Assembly: GCA_043743715.1 (NCBI GenBank)
Contig: JAYTWK010000017.1
Coordinates: 1 to 48,610, forward strand
Reading direction: 5' to 3'
Length of the DNA: 48,610 bases
From: a bacterium
Lineage (GTDB): Bacteria; Patescibacteriota; Minisyncoccia; Phycocordibacterales; UBA6899
This document shows positions 8,658 to 17,876 of this stretch, piece after piece (position 1 is the stretch's first letter; every line of letters begins with the position of its first letter). Under the pieces are notes generated by a model, which worked only from the letters and a program-made list of their open reading frames with translations, was not told the origin of the DNA and did no database searches. The translations under genes and the position numbers were made by a program.

Positions 8658-8843
8658 TCACACATACACACTGCACTGAAGATGTCGCCTCGAGAATTTG
8701 CCCAAATCCATAAACTCGATACAATAAAAGCATTAGAGGAGAGTGTGCAATGAAAGGGGTACCTTACAAAGTGTCTCATTGGGGGGTACCCCCATATACA
8801 TCATTCATACTTTAGGGGGACCTATTTTATAGACTTGTGACAC

Positions 8844-9566
8844 ATGAACGCAGAATCACCAACTGGATACACTGAAGAAACGGCACGAAAATATACCGAA
8901 GGACAGAAGCAATTTTTTGATGCAGACAAGGTAATTGATAGCCCGACCGTTGCCATGGAGAATGAGGCTCGCTCTATCGCAGAGCAACACGAGATACATA
9001 CAGTTTGTGATATTGGATGCGGCTCGAACTGTTCGTATCTTGAAGGATGGAAGCAAGGTGCGAGGGCAAAGCGAATTATTGGCGTTGAGCCTTCGCCACA
9101 CATGCGCGAAATTCTTGAAAAAGACCTGAGTGACAGCGAAAATGGTTCTTGCGTGGAGGTTACTTCAGGAGACTGGGAACACATCCCACTACCCGATGGA
9201 TCTGTTGACCTGGCCGTCTCACGATTTTCGCTTCATTACCTAGAGAACATTAGCACTGGCTATGCTGAGCTGGCTCGTATCTTACGAACTGGCGGATTTG
9301 CAGTCATCTCGCTCCCGCACCCTGAGTACTGCGCTCGTGAACTAGCAAAAAATGGTATTGAGCCCAAAGAGGGGGTACCGATGTCGGTAGAGGTTTTTGA
9401 CACGACACTCAACTACTTCTACCACGAGGTTGGGGCGTACCTTGGCGACTCACTTGCACAAAACGGACTCGCCCTTGTGAAGCAATCTGAATTTAATTGG
9501 GGAACAAAAGACGAATCGGACAAGAATATCCCCAACACACTACTTTTTGTACTTGAGAAGATATAA
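8844..9566 (+). CDS. Class I SAM-dependent methyltransferase
   Basis: VCDIGCG, IGVEPS, IPLPDGSVDLAVSRFSLHY and RILRTGG motifs. Confidence 0.9.
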   Translation: MNAESPTGYTEETARKYTEGQKQFFDADKVIDSPTVAMENEARSIAEQHEIHTVCDIGCGSNCSYLEGWKQGARAKRIIGVEPSPHMREILEKDLSDSENGSCVEVTSGDWEHIPLPDGSVDLAVSRFSLHYLENISTGYAELARILRTGGFAVISLPHPEYCARELAKNGIEPKEGVPMSVEVFDTTLNYFYHEVGAYLGDSLAQNGLALVKQSEFNWGTKDESDKNIPNTLLFVLEKI

Positions 9567-9692
9567 CCTCTCGGCAAGTTCCAGTTTTCTTTCCTCAAAA
9601 CCATCAAGGTGTACCGCGGCGGTAGCCGAGAGTCCCTGCCAGTCTGAAGTTTAGCCTCAAGCAGAGCTCATGATCCGTGATACAATCATCAA

Positions 9693-10349
9693 ATGAGAAA
9701 GATTGGTTCAGGCGTACAGTTCAATGTTTACGATATCGGCAATGGGAGAGTGAGGAAAATACCAACCTCATTTATTCAGAAACTCATTACTTTTCACAAG
9801 ATAGCCCCTAAATACCATCTGCTTTTTCACCCGATACACAATATCAAAACAGCAATTGGATCAGGTAAGATGACAATATCTTCAATCGAGCAATTACAGA
9901 AGAATCTCGTTAATATTGACCCGAGTCTAATCGGTAACCCGCTAATCATGGCAAAACATGAATATGAGCAGGATAAAGTTCTATCATTTGCAGATAAGAT
10001 CCGGGCTGCTAATCCAGAGGGCCAGAAAAAACTGGTCGATGGCTATGTCGACCATATTCTCTCTTGCTGGGATTATGGATTCAGTGACACCGTCTTTAAC
10101 TTCATGGTAAACAGCGGACTCACAAACAGCGGCGACGTGTTGCTTATTGATCTTGGTGAGTTAACTTGGAGCAAAGACGAGGTGGCCGATCTTGTTCGAG
10201 AAAAGCACTGGGAAAAACGCAGTTCATATAACAAACTCTGGGACATTGGCCTGAAAAAATACTTGCAACAACAGTTCAATAAAAAAATCACCCTCACGAG
10301 TCTTAATCAGCATTGGAATAGCATGAATGTAAGTTCGCTACATACATAA
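9693..10349 (+). CDS. Hypothetical protein, probable protein-kinase-like fold
   Basis: KIGSGVQFNVYD Gly-loop, VRK lysine, D..FN...N and LLIDLGE (DFG-like) motifs. Confidence 0.6.
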   Translation: MRKIGSGVQFNVYDIGNGRVRKIPTSFIQKLITFHKIAPKYHLLFHPIHNIKTAIGSGKMTISSIEQLQKNLVNIDPSLIGNPLIMAKHEYEQDKVLSFADKIRAANPEGQKKLVDGYVDHILSCWDYGFSDTVFNFMVNSGLTNSGDVLLIDLGELTWSKDEVADLVREKHWEKRSSYNKLWDIGLKKYLQQQFNKKITLTSLNQHWNSMNVSSLHT

Positions 10350-10372
10350 TTTCTAGATAAAGCGGTTGTCTT

Positions 10373-10523
10373 ATTTTTATTCCTTAAATCCCCCACAAAT
10401 TAAGCCCTACCGCCGCATCCATCTTCCGCTCCAAAGGCTCCGCATACGTCGTCAGCACCACCTCACATGTAGCCCCCACCACTAAACTCCTTACATGCCC
10501 ACCGAACGCATTGAATTCCTCGT
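10373..10523 (-). repeat. Orphan 3'-end copy 2 of the DUF296 gene
   Basis: Encodes EEFNAFGGHVRSLVVGATCEVVLTTYAEPLERKMDAAVGLNLWGI*. Confidence 0.92.
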
Positions 10524-10649
10524 TTCAACATAGGAGCAATTGCATTTCCCAAGTGGGGAATACTTGCGTGTTGTTTTTTGAGCGCCTGATATACTGAAAT
10601 AAGGATTTACAAATCATTTATCACATTTATAAAAGTATTTATATAATTT

Positions 10650-11240
10650 ATGTCAATTCAACCACCTGTAGGTAAGTTTTTTGTATTTTCGTGCTTTATC
10701 GGTCTTGTCGCCGCACTTGATGTGTACTTTCAGAATACACTCTCCACAAACCCCAACATGGGCTGGCTGGGAGCAACATGGGTTGTCTTCATAGCATGGG
10801 CACTATATTTTATTTCGGGAGCAAAGCTTTCACGAATGCATAAGAATTTTTTTGCACTTTTGGGGGGAATTATTCTTGCTGTTGCTACTATCAAAATAGG
10901 AGGTGCTTTGAGCGAACTATGGAAGGGTGGGGTACTCGAAGCATGGGCGTTTCCTATTGTTATCTTTTTTGACGCGGTGATCATTATCATGCTTGAGCTT
11001 ACTGATTGGTTTGAACTTGCTCCAGCATACTTTTTTGGATTTGCGGGTTATTTTGGGTTCTTTTTTGGAAACTTCGACGGGCAAACATCAGACCCATATA
11101 TGGCAGCTGTACACCATCTTATTCTTTCGGTGATCGGACTCATTCTTGGATGGATCACTGCTAGTGGGCGAATAAAAATACTGCTCTCGATGGGAGTCCC
11201 GATTGGAAATCAACAAACTGTTTACGATAAAGAATCGTAG
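10650..11240 (+). CDS. Multi-pass membrane protein, DUF1097-like
   Basis: About 6 hydrophobic helices, WVVFIAWALYF motif, PAYFFGFAGYF and IGLILGW. Confidence 0.7.
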   Translation: MSIQPPVGKFFVFSCFIGLVAALDVYFQNTLSTNPNMGWLGATWVVFIAWALYFISGAKLSRMHKNFFALLGGIILAVATIKIGGALSELWKGGVLEAWAFPIVIFFDAVIIIMLELTDWFELAPAYFFGFAGYFGFFFGNFDGQTSDPYMAAVHHLILSVIGLILGWITASGRIKILLSMGVPIGNQQTVYDKES

Positions 11241-11286
11241 CATAAAGCACACATGGCACTCCCCCGAGTGCCATGTGTGCTTTATG
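11241..11286. terminator. Bidirectional terminator (21-bp perfect stem)
   Basis: CATAAAGCACACATGGCACTC-CCCC-GAGTGCCATGTGTGCTTTATG between convergent genes. Confidence 0.88.
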
Positions 11287-12496
11287 TCTCATGAACTATG
11301 TGACCCTCCCCCTTCCCCACAAAGCCGAGATTTTCGCACGTTCGCTCAATATCAAGATCCCAGGACACCGTACTGACAATCTCCCCAATGTCATAATGAT
11401 GAAGTGACTCTTCTGGACCCTTGAAACGTAACACATAGATATCTTGAAATGACTGGTGGTCGCAAGGTCTCCACCATTGACCTCCTTTGTAATTATCATA
11501 AGATCTCCCTTCAAGAAATTGTGTTGCCTTATCATTATTGAGAGGATATACGCCTAGTTGTTGGAAGGCATTGAGTATTTCTTTTGTTCCTGAATAAGCA
11601 TACCCTGCATAACCAGTAGGCAGTTCTCCGTTATATCGCTCGCGAAATTTTTGTACAAAATTTCGAGCAGAAGGGATATGTGCTTCAAGACCCCAGTAAA
11701 AATTTACACCCCAATACATTCCCACAAGTGATTCAAGTGGGACCATGTCGACAATCGTAACCTCAGAAATTGTGTGCAAAATACTCATTTCTTTTTTTAG
11801 CCCGCGACTATTCGCTGCTTGAATAAAACTTGCTTGATCCCAACCGAGATTAGTGACCGAAAGCACATCTGGTTTCAGCGCGAGAATTGCATCAATATAT
11901 TGAGCAAATACTTCAGGCCCAGAGCCGAGTGGAACCCTTATAATGCTGAGCACATTACCACCATGCTTATGAACAACACTTACAAGCGATGATTCGATTT
12001 CATATCCCCATTGATAGTCAGCAACAATAAGCACCCATCGCTTACCAAGGTGCTCGACCCCCCAGCGACCGAGTAGTTGGGCAGTCATATGCGGACTCAG
12101 TCCTTCATGAAAAGTATATGGCCCTAAATGCTCAGCTGTTGTGATGGTGTTTGATTGACTCACCGAAATAAACGGAATCCCATGCGCGCGAGCAAGTCGA
12201 TTTGTTTCGAGCTGTGATGAAGCAGAAATTGAACCTGCGATGATATCTGTTTTTTCTTCGAGGAATTCGCTCATCATCATTTTTGCCATCACCGTATCCA
12301 TTTGGTCATCTTTCGCCAGAAAACTTATTGAATGTCCTGCGATCCCACCCAGCGCATTGATCTCTTCGACAGCAAGAACGGCTCCTTTTATTTGGTTCTC
12401 AACGATTTGTGTATATGGCCCAGTAAAACCGCAAGTAAAGCCAAATTTAATCGGTAGTAAATCCTTATTGATATGTGTTGTGCTGAATCTATCCAT
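11282..12496 (-). CDS. Branched-chain-amino-acid-type substrate-binding fold protein without signal peptide
   Basis: IKFG...TGPY, GAVLAVEEINALGGIAG, ADYQWG and RPCDHQ motifs. The N-terminus is hydrophilic. Confidence 0.85.
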   Translation of the reverse strand: MDRFSTTHINKDLLPIKFGFTCGFTGPYTQIVENQIKGAVLAVEEINALGGIAGHSISFLAKDDQMDTVMAKMMMSEFLEEKTDIIAGSISASSQLETNRLARAHGIPFISVSQSNTITTAEHLGPYTFHEGLSPHMTAQLLGRWGVEHLGKRWVLIVADYQWGYEIESSLVSVVHKHGGNVLSIIRVPLGSGPEVFAQYIDAILALKPDVLSVTNLGWDQASFIQAANSRGLKKEMSILHTISEVTIVDMVPLESLVGMYWGVNFYWGLEAHIPSARNFVQKFRERYNGELPTGYAGYAYSGTKEILNAFQQLGVYPLNNDKATQFLEGRSYDNYKGGQWWRPCDHQSFQDIYVLRFKGPEESLHHYDIGEIVSTVSWDLDIERTCENLGFVGKGEGHIVHET

Positions 12497-12580
12497 TCAC
12501 AGGAAGCCTATTTAATGAGTGAGGAAGGATGGCTTATTCCCCCAGAAACATTTATAGAACATTATGCATGAAATCTCGTA

Positions 12581-13039
12581 CTAGTGAGAACGCTCGTAGC
12601 GTCCCATTAATACTGTTTTTTCAATAATATGCCCTTCCATACTCTTAAGTAACTCCTCTTTACTCGCATTATCCGGAAGTGTGAGTACTGTATCAAGTGC
12701 GTAGAGCAGAAAAAAATAACGGTGTTCACGATCAGGGGGGCATGGACCCATATACCCTTTTGTGCCTGCAGTATTAAGCCCAGTGTTTCCTGCCGGATTC
12801 TGTCCCTCAGGAATCGTTGTCGTGAGTGGAGGAATATTCCACACAATCCAGTGATCCCATTCTCCCTCCATTCGTACGCTCGTCGGTACATCTGGGTCAT
12901 TCACAATTAAAGTGAGGCTTTTTGCCTCTTGAGGGACGCCACTAATTGTAAGTGGGGGAATAACATCCCTGCCATCACAGGTATAAAGTGACGGAATCAA
13001 TTCATTTTCTTCAAACACCGTGCTTTCAAGCTTCATCAT
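12581..13039 (-). CDS. YbhB/YbcL family (PEBP/Raf kinase inhibitor-like) protein
   Basis: YTCDG, DPDVP, HWIVWNIP and YMGPCPPDREHRYFF motifs. Confidence 0.93.
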   Translation of the reverse strand: MMKLESTVFEENELIPSLYTCDGRDVIPPLTISGVPQEAKSLTLIVNDPDVPTSVRMEGEWDHWIVWNIPPLTTTIPEGQNPAGNTGLNTAGTKGYMGPCPPDREHRYFFLLYALDTVLTLPDNASKEELLKSMEGHIIEKTVLMGRYERSH

Positions 13040-13089
13040 GTATGTAAAATAAATTATATGGGACGCTTATAGTATACTGTGAAGTATAT

Positions 13090-15282
13090 ATGATAGCTCT
13101 GAATGAAGATACACAGACAACGGAAGGCGCTGATTTGCTTTTGCTGCTCAATGATCTTTCCCGCGGATTGAATATCGCAGATCAAAATAGTAACGCAGCA
13201 CTCATTGAGGCATCAAACCAACTTATCTCGAAATTACCCATTGATGCGGTGGCGATATGGACACTCGAGCACGACACAAATTTTATGAAGATAGAAACTG
13301 CAACCGGGCTGTCTGAACGGTTTGTTCGTTTTTTCAACAAGACCGACAGAATTGCCTTGGGAAAAGGTCTTGTTGGAGGGGTCATACAGAAAAGACAATC
13401 ATTGTTCATCAATAAACTTGCAGAATATAAAAACATCGGTACCGCAAGATGGAATGAGATGCTCAATGAAGAAGGAATCGTTTCAGTGCTTGCTGCCCCC
13501 ATTCTTGCACACGAAGTTTCGATTGGAGTGCTCACCATTTATTACAAAAAAGAACATTCTTTTAGTGATTCCGAGCGATTGTTTTTTGAAATACTTGCAA
13601 ATCAACTTGCGGTAATTATTTCAAGTAACCATCAGTATCAACAACTCGCACAAAATGCGCGCATGCTTGAAAATCAAGTCGAGAACATGACAAATATTCA
13701 GAAAACAACACAAGTTCTCAATCGATATCTTCATGACTCACTTGATGTGTCGCTGTCGTATGTGGCGGATTATTTTACGAAAAAGTTTAACGTAAAGAGT
13801 ATTTCTGTTTTCAAAAGCGACGATCATGCGATACGGCTTTCACTTGTCGCATCACATGGGTTGTCAGAATATATGCGTGGATATTTTGAATCACATGTTC
13901 CGAACACTAACACCGCGACATTTCTTGGGAGTGCCTACCATGCGAAAGAGCCGAAAATTTCTGCTCGCGTATTCACCGACGAACGGATTTCAAAAGATTG
14001 GGTAATTGCAATGGCAATGGAAAAGCAAGTTGCAATGGGAGCATTTCCGCTAATTGTTCAAGGAAATTCCATCGGAGTACTTGTAACAACATATGATCAC
14101 TTACATGTGTTTAGTAGTGAAGAACTAACTATCCTAAACACTTTTGCGCAGTTTTTTGCTGTTGCATTAGAAAATGCAAGTACTTTTGAAAGCCTTGCTT
14201 CAGAGCGCCGAAAAATTAAATCGATGGTTGATAGTATTGAGGATGGATTGCTCGTTTACGACATGAATGGAAACATTATTGATGTAAACCCGCGTGCGAT
14301 GAAACTTTTTCAGATCACGAACGAGAATTTCTTAGGGAAAAAACCCTCTGAAATCATGGACGATCCAAGCCTCCAACCCTTACAGCAGGTTTCGCAGCTC
14401 ACACTCATTGAGGGTGAGACAAGGGAGCTTAATTTTGACTATCCACTCAATATATATCTCCATGTGACACATGTTTCACTTCGTGATGAAGATGGCGTTT
14501 CAATAGGATCAATGCGGGTACTTCATGATTTTACCCAAGAAAGAGTTGTAGAACGTTTGAAGTCAAATTTTGTAGCTACAGCCTCTCATCAACTTCGAAC
14601 CCCTCTGACGGGAATTAAGTGGGGACTACTCGCGCTCACAGAAGGGCACAAAGATAATTTTAGCGTCGAGCAAAAAAGGCTCCTTGAGCGAATTATTTTT
14701 GCAAATAACAGTGTCATCGGCCTTATTAATGACATTTTAAATGTCGGGAGAATTGAGGAGGGGAAGTTTGAATATACATTTTCACTCGGTACTATTGCTG
14801 ATATTGTCGATGAACTCTTGGCGAATTTTCAAATGAATATTGAGGGGCAAGAATTGCATATCGAAAAGGAGTATGGGGGACATGACATGCCACTCGTTAT
14901 GAGAGATAGAGAAAAATTCTCACTCGCTATTCGCAATCTCCTGGATAATGCAATTAAATATACAAAAAAAGGCGGGACCATAACAATTAAAACCTGGGTG
15001 GATCAGAATTTTTTGAAACTAAGTGTCCATGATACCGGGATTGGAATACCTGAGAAAGATATCCCGTTCTTGTTTAATAAATTTTATCGTGCACCAAACG
15101 CTGTTCGACTTCAAACTGAGGGTTCCGGGCTAGGGCTTTTCTTTACAAAAAGCATCGTTGATAAGCACAATGGCGTCTTATCAGTAGAAAGTCATGAGGG
15201 AGCAGGATCAACGTTTATTATCACTCTCCCATTAGATCGTTCGCAGATGCCAGGAAGCACTCCCAGAGAGTGCCTGCAGTGA
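13090..15282 (+). CDS. Soluble GAF-GAF-PAS sensor histidine kinase
   Basis: Two GAF-like repeats, PAS (IEDGLLVYD...VNPRA), ASHQLRTPL H-box, NLLDNAIKYT, DTGIGI and GSGLGL. No transmembrane segment. Confidence 0.93.
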   Translation: MIALNEDTQTTEGADLLLLLNDLSRGLNIADQNSNAALIEASNQLISKLPIDAVAIWTLEHDTNFMKIETATGLSERFVRFFNKTDRIALGKGLVGGVIQKRQSLFINKLAEYKNIGTARWNEMLNEEGIVSVLAAPILAHEVSIGVLTIYYKKEHSFSDSERLFFEILANQLAVIISSNHQYQQLAQNARMLENQVENMTNIQKTTQVLNRYLHDSLDVSLSYVADYFTKKFNVKSISVFKSDDHAIRLSLVASHGLSEYMRGYFESHVPNTNTATFLGSAYHAKEPKISARVFTDERISKDWVIAMAMEKQVAMGAFPLIVQGNSIGVLVTTYDHLHVFSSEELTILNTFAQFFAVALENASTFESLASERRKIKSMVDSIEDGLLVYDMNGNIIDVNPRAMKLFQITNENFLGKKPSEIMDDPSLQPLQQVSQLTLIEGETRELNFDYPLNIYLHVTHVSLRDEDGVSIGSMRVLHDFTQERVVERLKSNFVATASHQLRTPLTGIKWGLLALTEGHKDNFSVEQKRLLERIIFANNSVIGLINDILNVGRIEEGKFEYTFSLGTIADIVDELLANFQMNIEGQELHIEKEYGGHDMPLVMRDREKFSLAIRNLLDNAIKYTKKGGTITIKTWVDQNFLKLSVHDTGIGIPEKDIPFLFNKFYRAPNAVRLQTEGSGLGLFFTKSIVDKHNGVLSVESHEGAGSTFIITLPLDRSQMPGSTPRECLQ

Positions 15283-15648
15283 TTAGAGACCGAGGATACT
15301 GTTCACTTTGGCTATGATTTCGCTGGGCAACACATCAGATTTTACAAAATAGTAAACTGCACCAAGCGACATTGCACGATCAATGCTCTCTTGACCACCA
15401 AGATTTGAAACAATGATAACGGGTATCTGTGCTAATCCCTTCTGAGATTTTAATTTTTCGAGCACTTCAAAACCGTTAATCCCAGGCAGAATCAGATCAA
15501 GCAATATAATATCAGGGAGTACCTCTGGAATTTTTTTGAGCGCTTCTTCTCCAGAAGTCACGTGTGTCAACTCAAAACCTGAATTGATAATACTCGTAGA
15601 GATAAGATCCCCGAGAAAAGCATCATCTTCAACAAGAACGATTTTCAT
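15283..15648 (-). CDS. Single-domain response regulator
   Basis: MKIVLVEDD, LLDLILPGING and IIVSN motifs. Start placed at the ATG at 15648. Confidence 0.92.
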   Translation of the reverse strand: MKIVLVEDDAFLGDLISTSIINSGFELTHVTSGEEALKKIPEVLPDIILLDLILPGINGFEVLEKLKSQKGLAQIPVIIVSNLGGQESIDRAMSLGAVYYFVKSDVLPSEIIAKVNSILGL

Positions 15649-15765
15649 ATTATTTGTCCATTCTACAGCGTCGAGCCGGATAATGACAATGCGTAACAAT
15701 TATCTGAAGATAATGCTCGAAATATATTATTTTTTACTCCTACAATTTCTTGTATAGAAATCCAA

Positions 15766-16179
15766 TTACCAGAGATTTAGTCCAACTTTTTCATCAAATT
15801 TCCTCTCCAAAGGCTCCGCATACGTCGTCAGCACTACCTCACACGTCGCACCAACAACCAAACTTTTCACATGCCCACCGAACGCATTGAATTCCTCGTC
15901 CGCAATAGTGGTATGCATATGAATGACCGGTTTCTCTTCAAACACTGCAATATTCCCAACTCCCCCAGTGATCTCAAACTCACCTAAAAACTCTTTCCAA
16001 TGATATTCTTTCTTATGTAGTGAGTAAAAGCCGAGCGATACCTTGGTCGTTGCGCCAATTGCCGTAAATGACCCTGCAACAATATGGTTATTAGTGCAAA
16101 ATTGGACCAAACAGGAGACAAGTTCCTCTCCTGTGCTAAATTTTATGAGATATCCGCTCTCAGTTTTGCGTGTTTGCAT
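15766..16179 (-). CDS. PPC/DUF296 domain protein
   Basis: GEEL...FTAIGA, GNIA, HMH and GGHV...ATCEV motifs. Confidence 0.92.
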   Translation of the reverse strand: MQTRKTESGYLIKFSTGEELVSCLVQFCTNNHIVAGSFTAIGATTKVSLGFYSLHKKEYHWKEFLGEFEITGGVGNIAVFEEKPVIHMHTTIADEEFNAFGGHVKSLVVGATCEVVLTTYAEPLERKFDEKVGLNLW

Positions 16180-16212
16180 GTGGATAAACTTTATATAAAA
16201 CCCTTATAAATA

Positions 16213-16803
16213 TCAATTTTGTACTGTTATCCCCCTGTTTTTCAGCTCTGTCAACACTTTTTCCACAGTTTCCTCAAATTTTCCGTCTTTATTCATGATC
16301 TTCACATCAAAGTCGTCTTGATGGAGCATTTCTTCCTCAGCCACACTGAGACGAGCAAGAATTTTTTCTTCATCCTCCTTTATTGGCCTAGCGCGAAGCC
16401 TAACCCCAAGGTCAGCCATATTGTCAGGATAAAGGAAAACGAGCAGTGAATCACTGTCGCGCTGCTTTACCACCTTAGCGCCCTCAACATCAAGATCACC
16501 GAGCACGAGCGGATGTTTTTCGAGCTGGTCGTGCACCTGCTTCTGAGAGCTCGCATAGTATCCCGTTGGTCGCTTTACCGACTCATAAAATTCTCCCCGT
16601 TCTTCCATAGCAAGAAATTCTTCCTCGCTAACAAAAAAATATCCGGTCCCGTCCTTTTCTCCCATTTCAGTACGGGGAGGACGGGTGGTGAACGAAATGA
16701 CCAATCCCGAATCTGGGAAGAAACGCTCCCGAAGCGCAGAAATGACCGTTGTCTTTCCTACGCATGTTGGACCTATAAAGAGTATGAGTTGCCCTTTTTT
16801 CAT
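16213..16803 (-). CDS. gmk: Guanylate kinase
   Basis: GPTCVGKT P-loop, SFTTRPPR, YFFVSEEEF and LDVEGA motifs. Confidence 0.93.
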   Translation of the reverse strand: MKKGQLILFIGPTCVGKTTVISALRERFFPDSGLVISFTTRPPRTEMGEKDGTGYFFVSEEEFLAMEERGEFYESVKRPTGYYASSQKQVHDQLEKHPLVLGDLDVEGAKVVKQRDSDSLLVFLYPDNMADLGVRLRARPIKEDEEKILARLSVAEEEMLHQDDFDVKIMNKDGKFEETVEKVLTELKNRGITVQN

Positions 16804-16833
16804 TTTTGTGTTGTATTAATATATTTACATTAG

Positions 16834-16878
16834 TTATCCACAGTATGTCCTTGAACTATCTAAAGGACATAGTATACT
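16834..16878 (+). promoter_or_regulatory. DnaA box plus sigma70-like promoter overlapped by an inverted repeat
   Basis: TTATCCACA at 16834-16842; TTGAAC-N16-TATACT; TATGTCCTT-N10-AAGGACATA. Confidence 0.5.
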
Positions 16879-16882
16879 CATA

Positions 16883-17006
16883 TCAGTCGATTCTCAGTTT
16901 AGTCTACTTTTTTATCAAAGACTACTGAGCAATCAGTAGTTCTTTGCACAATATAATAAAAGTTTTCCTCCAAGCAAAAACCGGGACCTCCAGCCCGGTT
17001 TTTGCG
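16883..17006 (+). ncRNA. Candidate small RNA ending in an intrinsic terminator
   Basis: Hairpin CTCAGT..TAGTCT/AGACTACTGAG and terminator GCAAAAACCGGG-N8-CCCGGTTTTTGC. The terminator could also serve the holA-like gene on the minus strand. Confidence 0.35.
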
Positions 17007-17059
17007 TATTTCGGGCGAACATTGTTAGTATATAAAAGACACATATATATTATTGTCTT

Positions 17060-17767
17060 TTAAAGATTTAGAAGAAATAGCTCCATACTATGTTCCATAT
17101 CGACCTCCCCACGATGTCCCTTGTGATACATTTCTTTCAATTCGTTAAGCCTTGAGGCTAATTCCTGTTTCAGATATTTTTTTGCGAACTGGTGGTAATT
17201 CCGATAGGTAAAGTCTTTCATTCCTGCATGCTGTGCATCACTCGGGGAAAGTCCTCCTGCTATCCACATACTCTTGAACGCCCAAAATACTGTGCCATGG
17301 ATTTCTTCAATGGAAACCCCGCGTTTTCTGGTCTTTTCGTACTCTACCCAGGCGATTTTCTTGTTTCTTGCTCCAATCGCATCCGCGATGGCAAAGCTAT
17401 TTTCTCTTTTTTCTATTTTCTTGGCAATTCTATACTCCTTTATCTCTCCAAGTCGGGTAAAAAAGGCAGTGAGATCCTTGCTTGGGTCCTTTTCTCTTAC
17501 AAATACCTTGTGGTCGGTCTCTTTAAGTATCGTCCGATAGAACTGCTCTCCGTCCGGATGTTCCAAAATACCATCAAAATAAAGGATATTTTCTCCTCCA
17601 AACAGACTTTCTGCAGAAAAACCCTCTATTGCCTGTGCTAAATCAAACAAAAGATCATCAAAATAGAGGGTATTTCCTCCGGTCGACTCATTTCTGGCAA
17701 GCTCAAACGCAGCCCTCGCTTCCCTGCGCGACTTTTCAGTATCATCTCCCACGTAGCTACGAATCAT
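17060..17767 (-). CDS. holA: DNA polymerase III delta subunit-like protein (short)
   Basis: N-terminal Y.GDD, SLFGG, FAIADAIGARNKK and C-terminal helical LELFLL pattern. Divergent. Confidence 0.6.
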   Translation of the reverse strand: MIRSYVGDDTEKSRREARAAFELARNESTGGNTLYFDDLLFDLAQAIEGFSAESLFGGENILYFDGILEHPDGEQFYRTILKETDHKVFVREKDPSKDLTAFFTRLGEIKEYRIAKKIEKRENSFAIADAIGARNKKIAWVEYEKTRKRGVSIEEIHGTVFWAFKSMWIAGGLSPSDAQHAGMKDFTYRNYHQFAKKYLKQELASRLNELKEMYHKGHRGEVDMEHSMELFLLNL

Positions 17768-17876
17768 GGGTAAATCTTAACATTCTCTGGCAAAATTGCA
17801 TGGATGCCCTAAATTAGGAACAAAAAAACAGGCTTCATGCGCCTGTTTCTGATCCTTTCCTTTTTGGATGAGTCGG

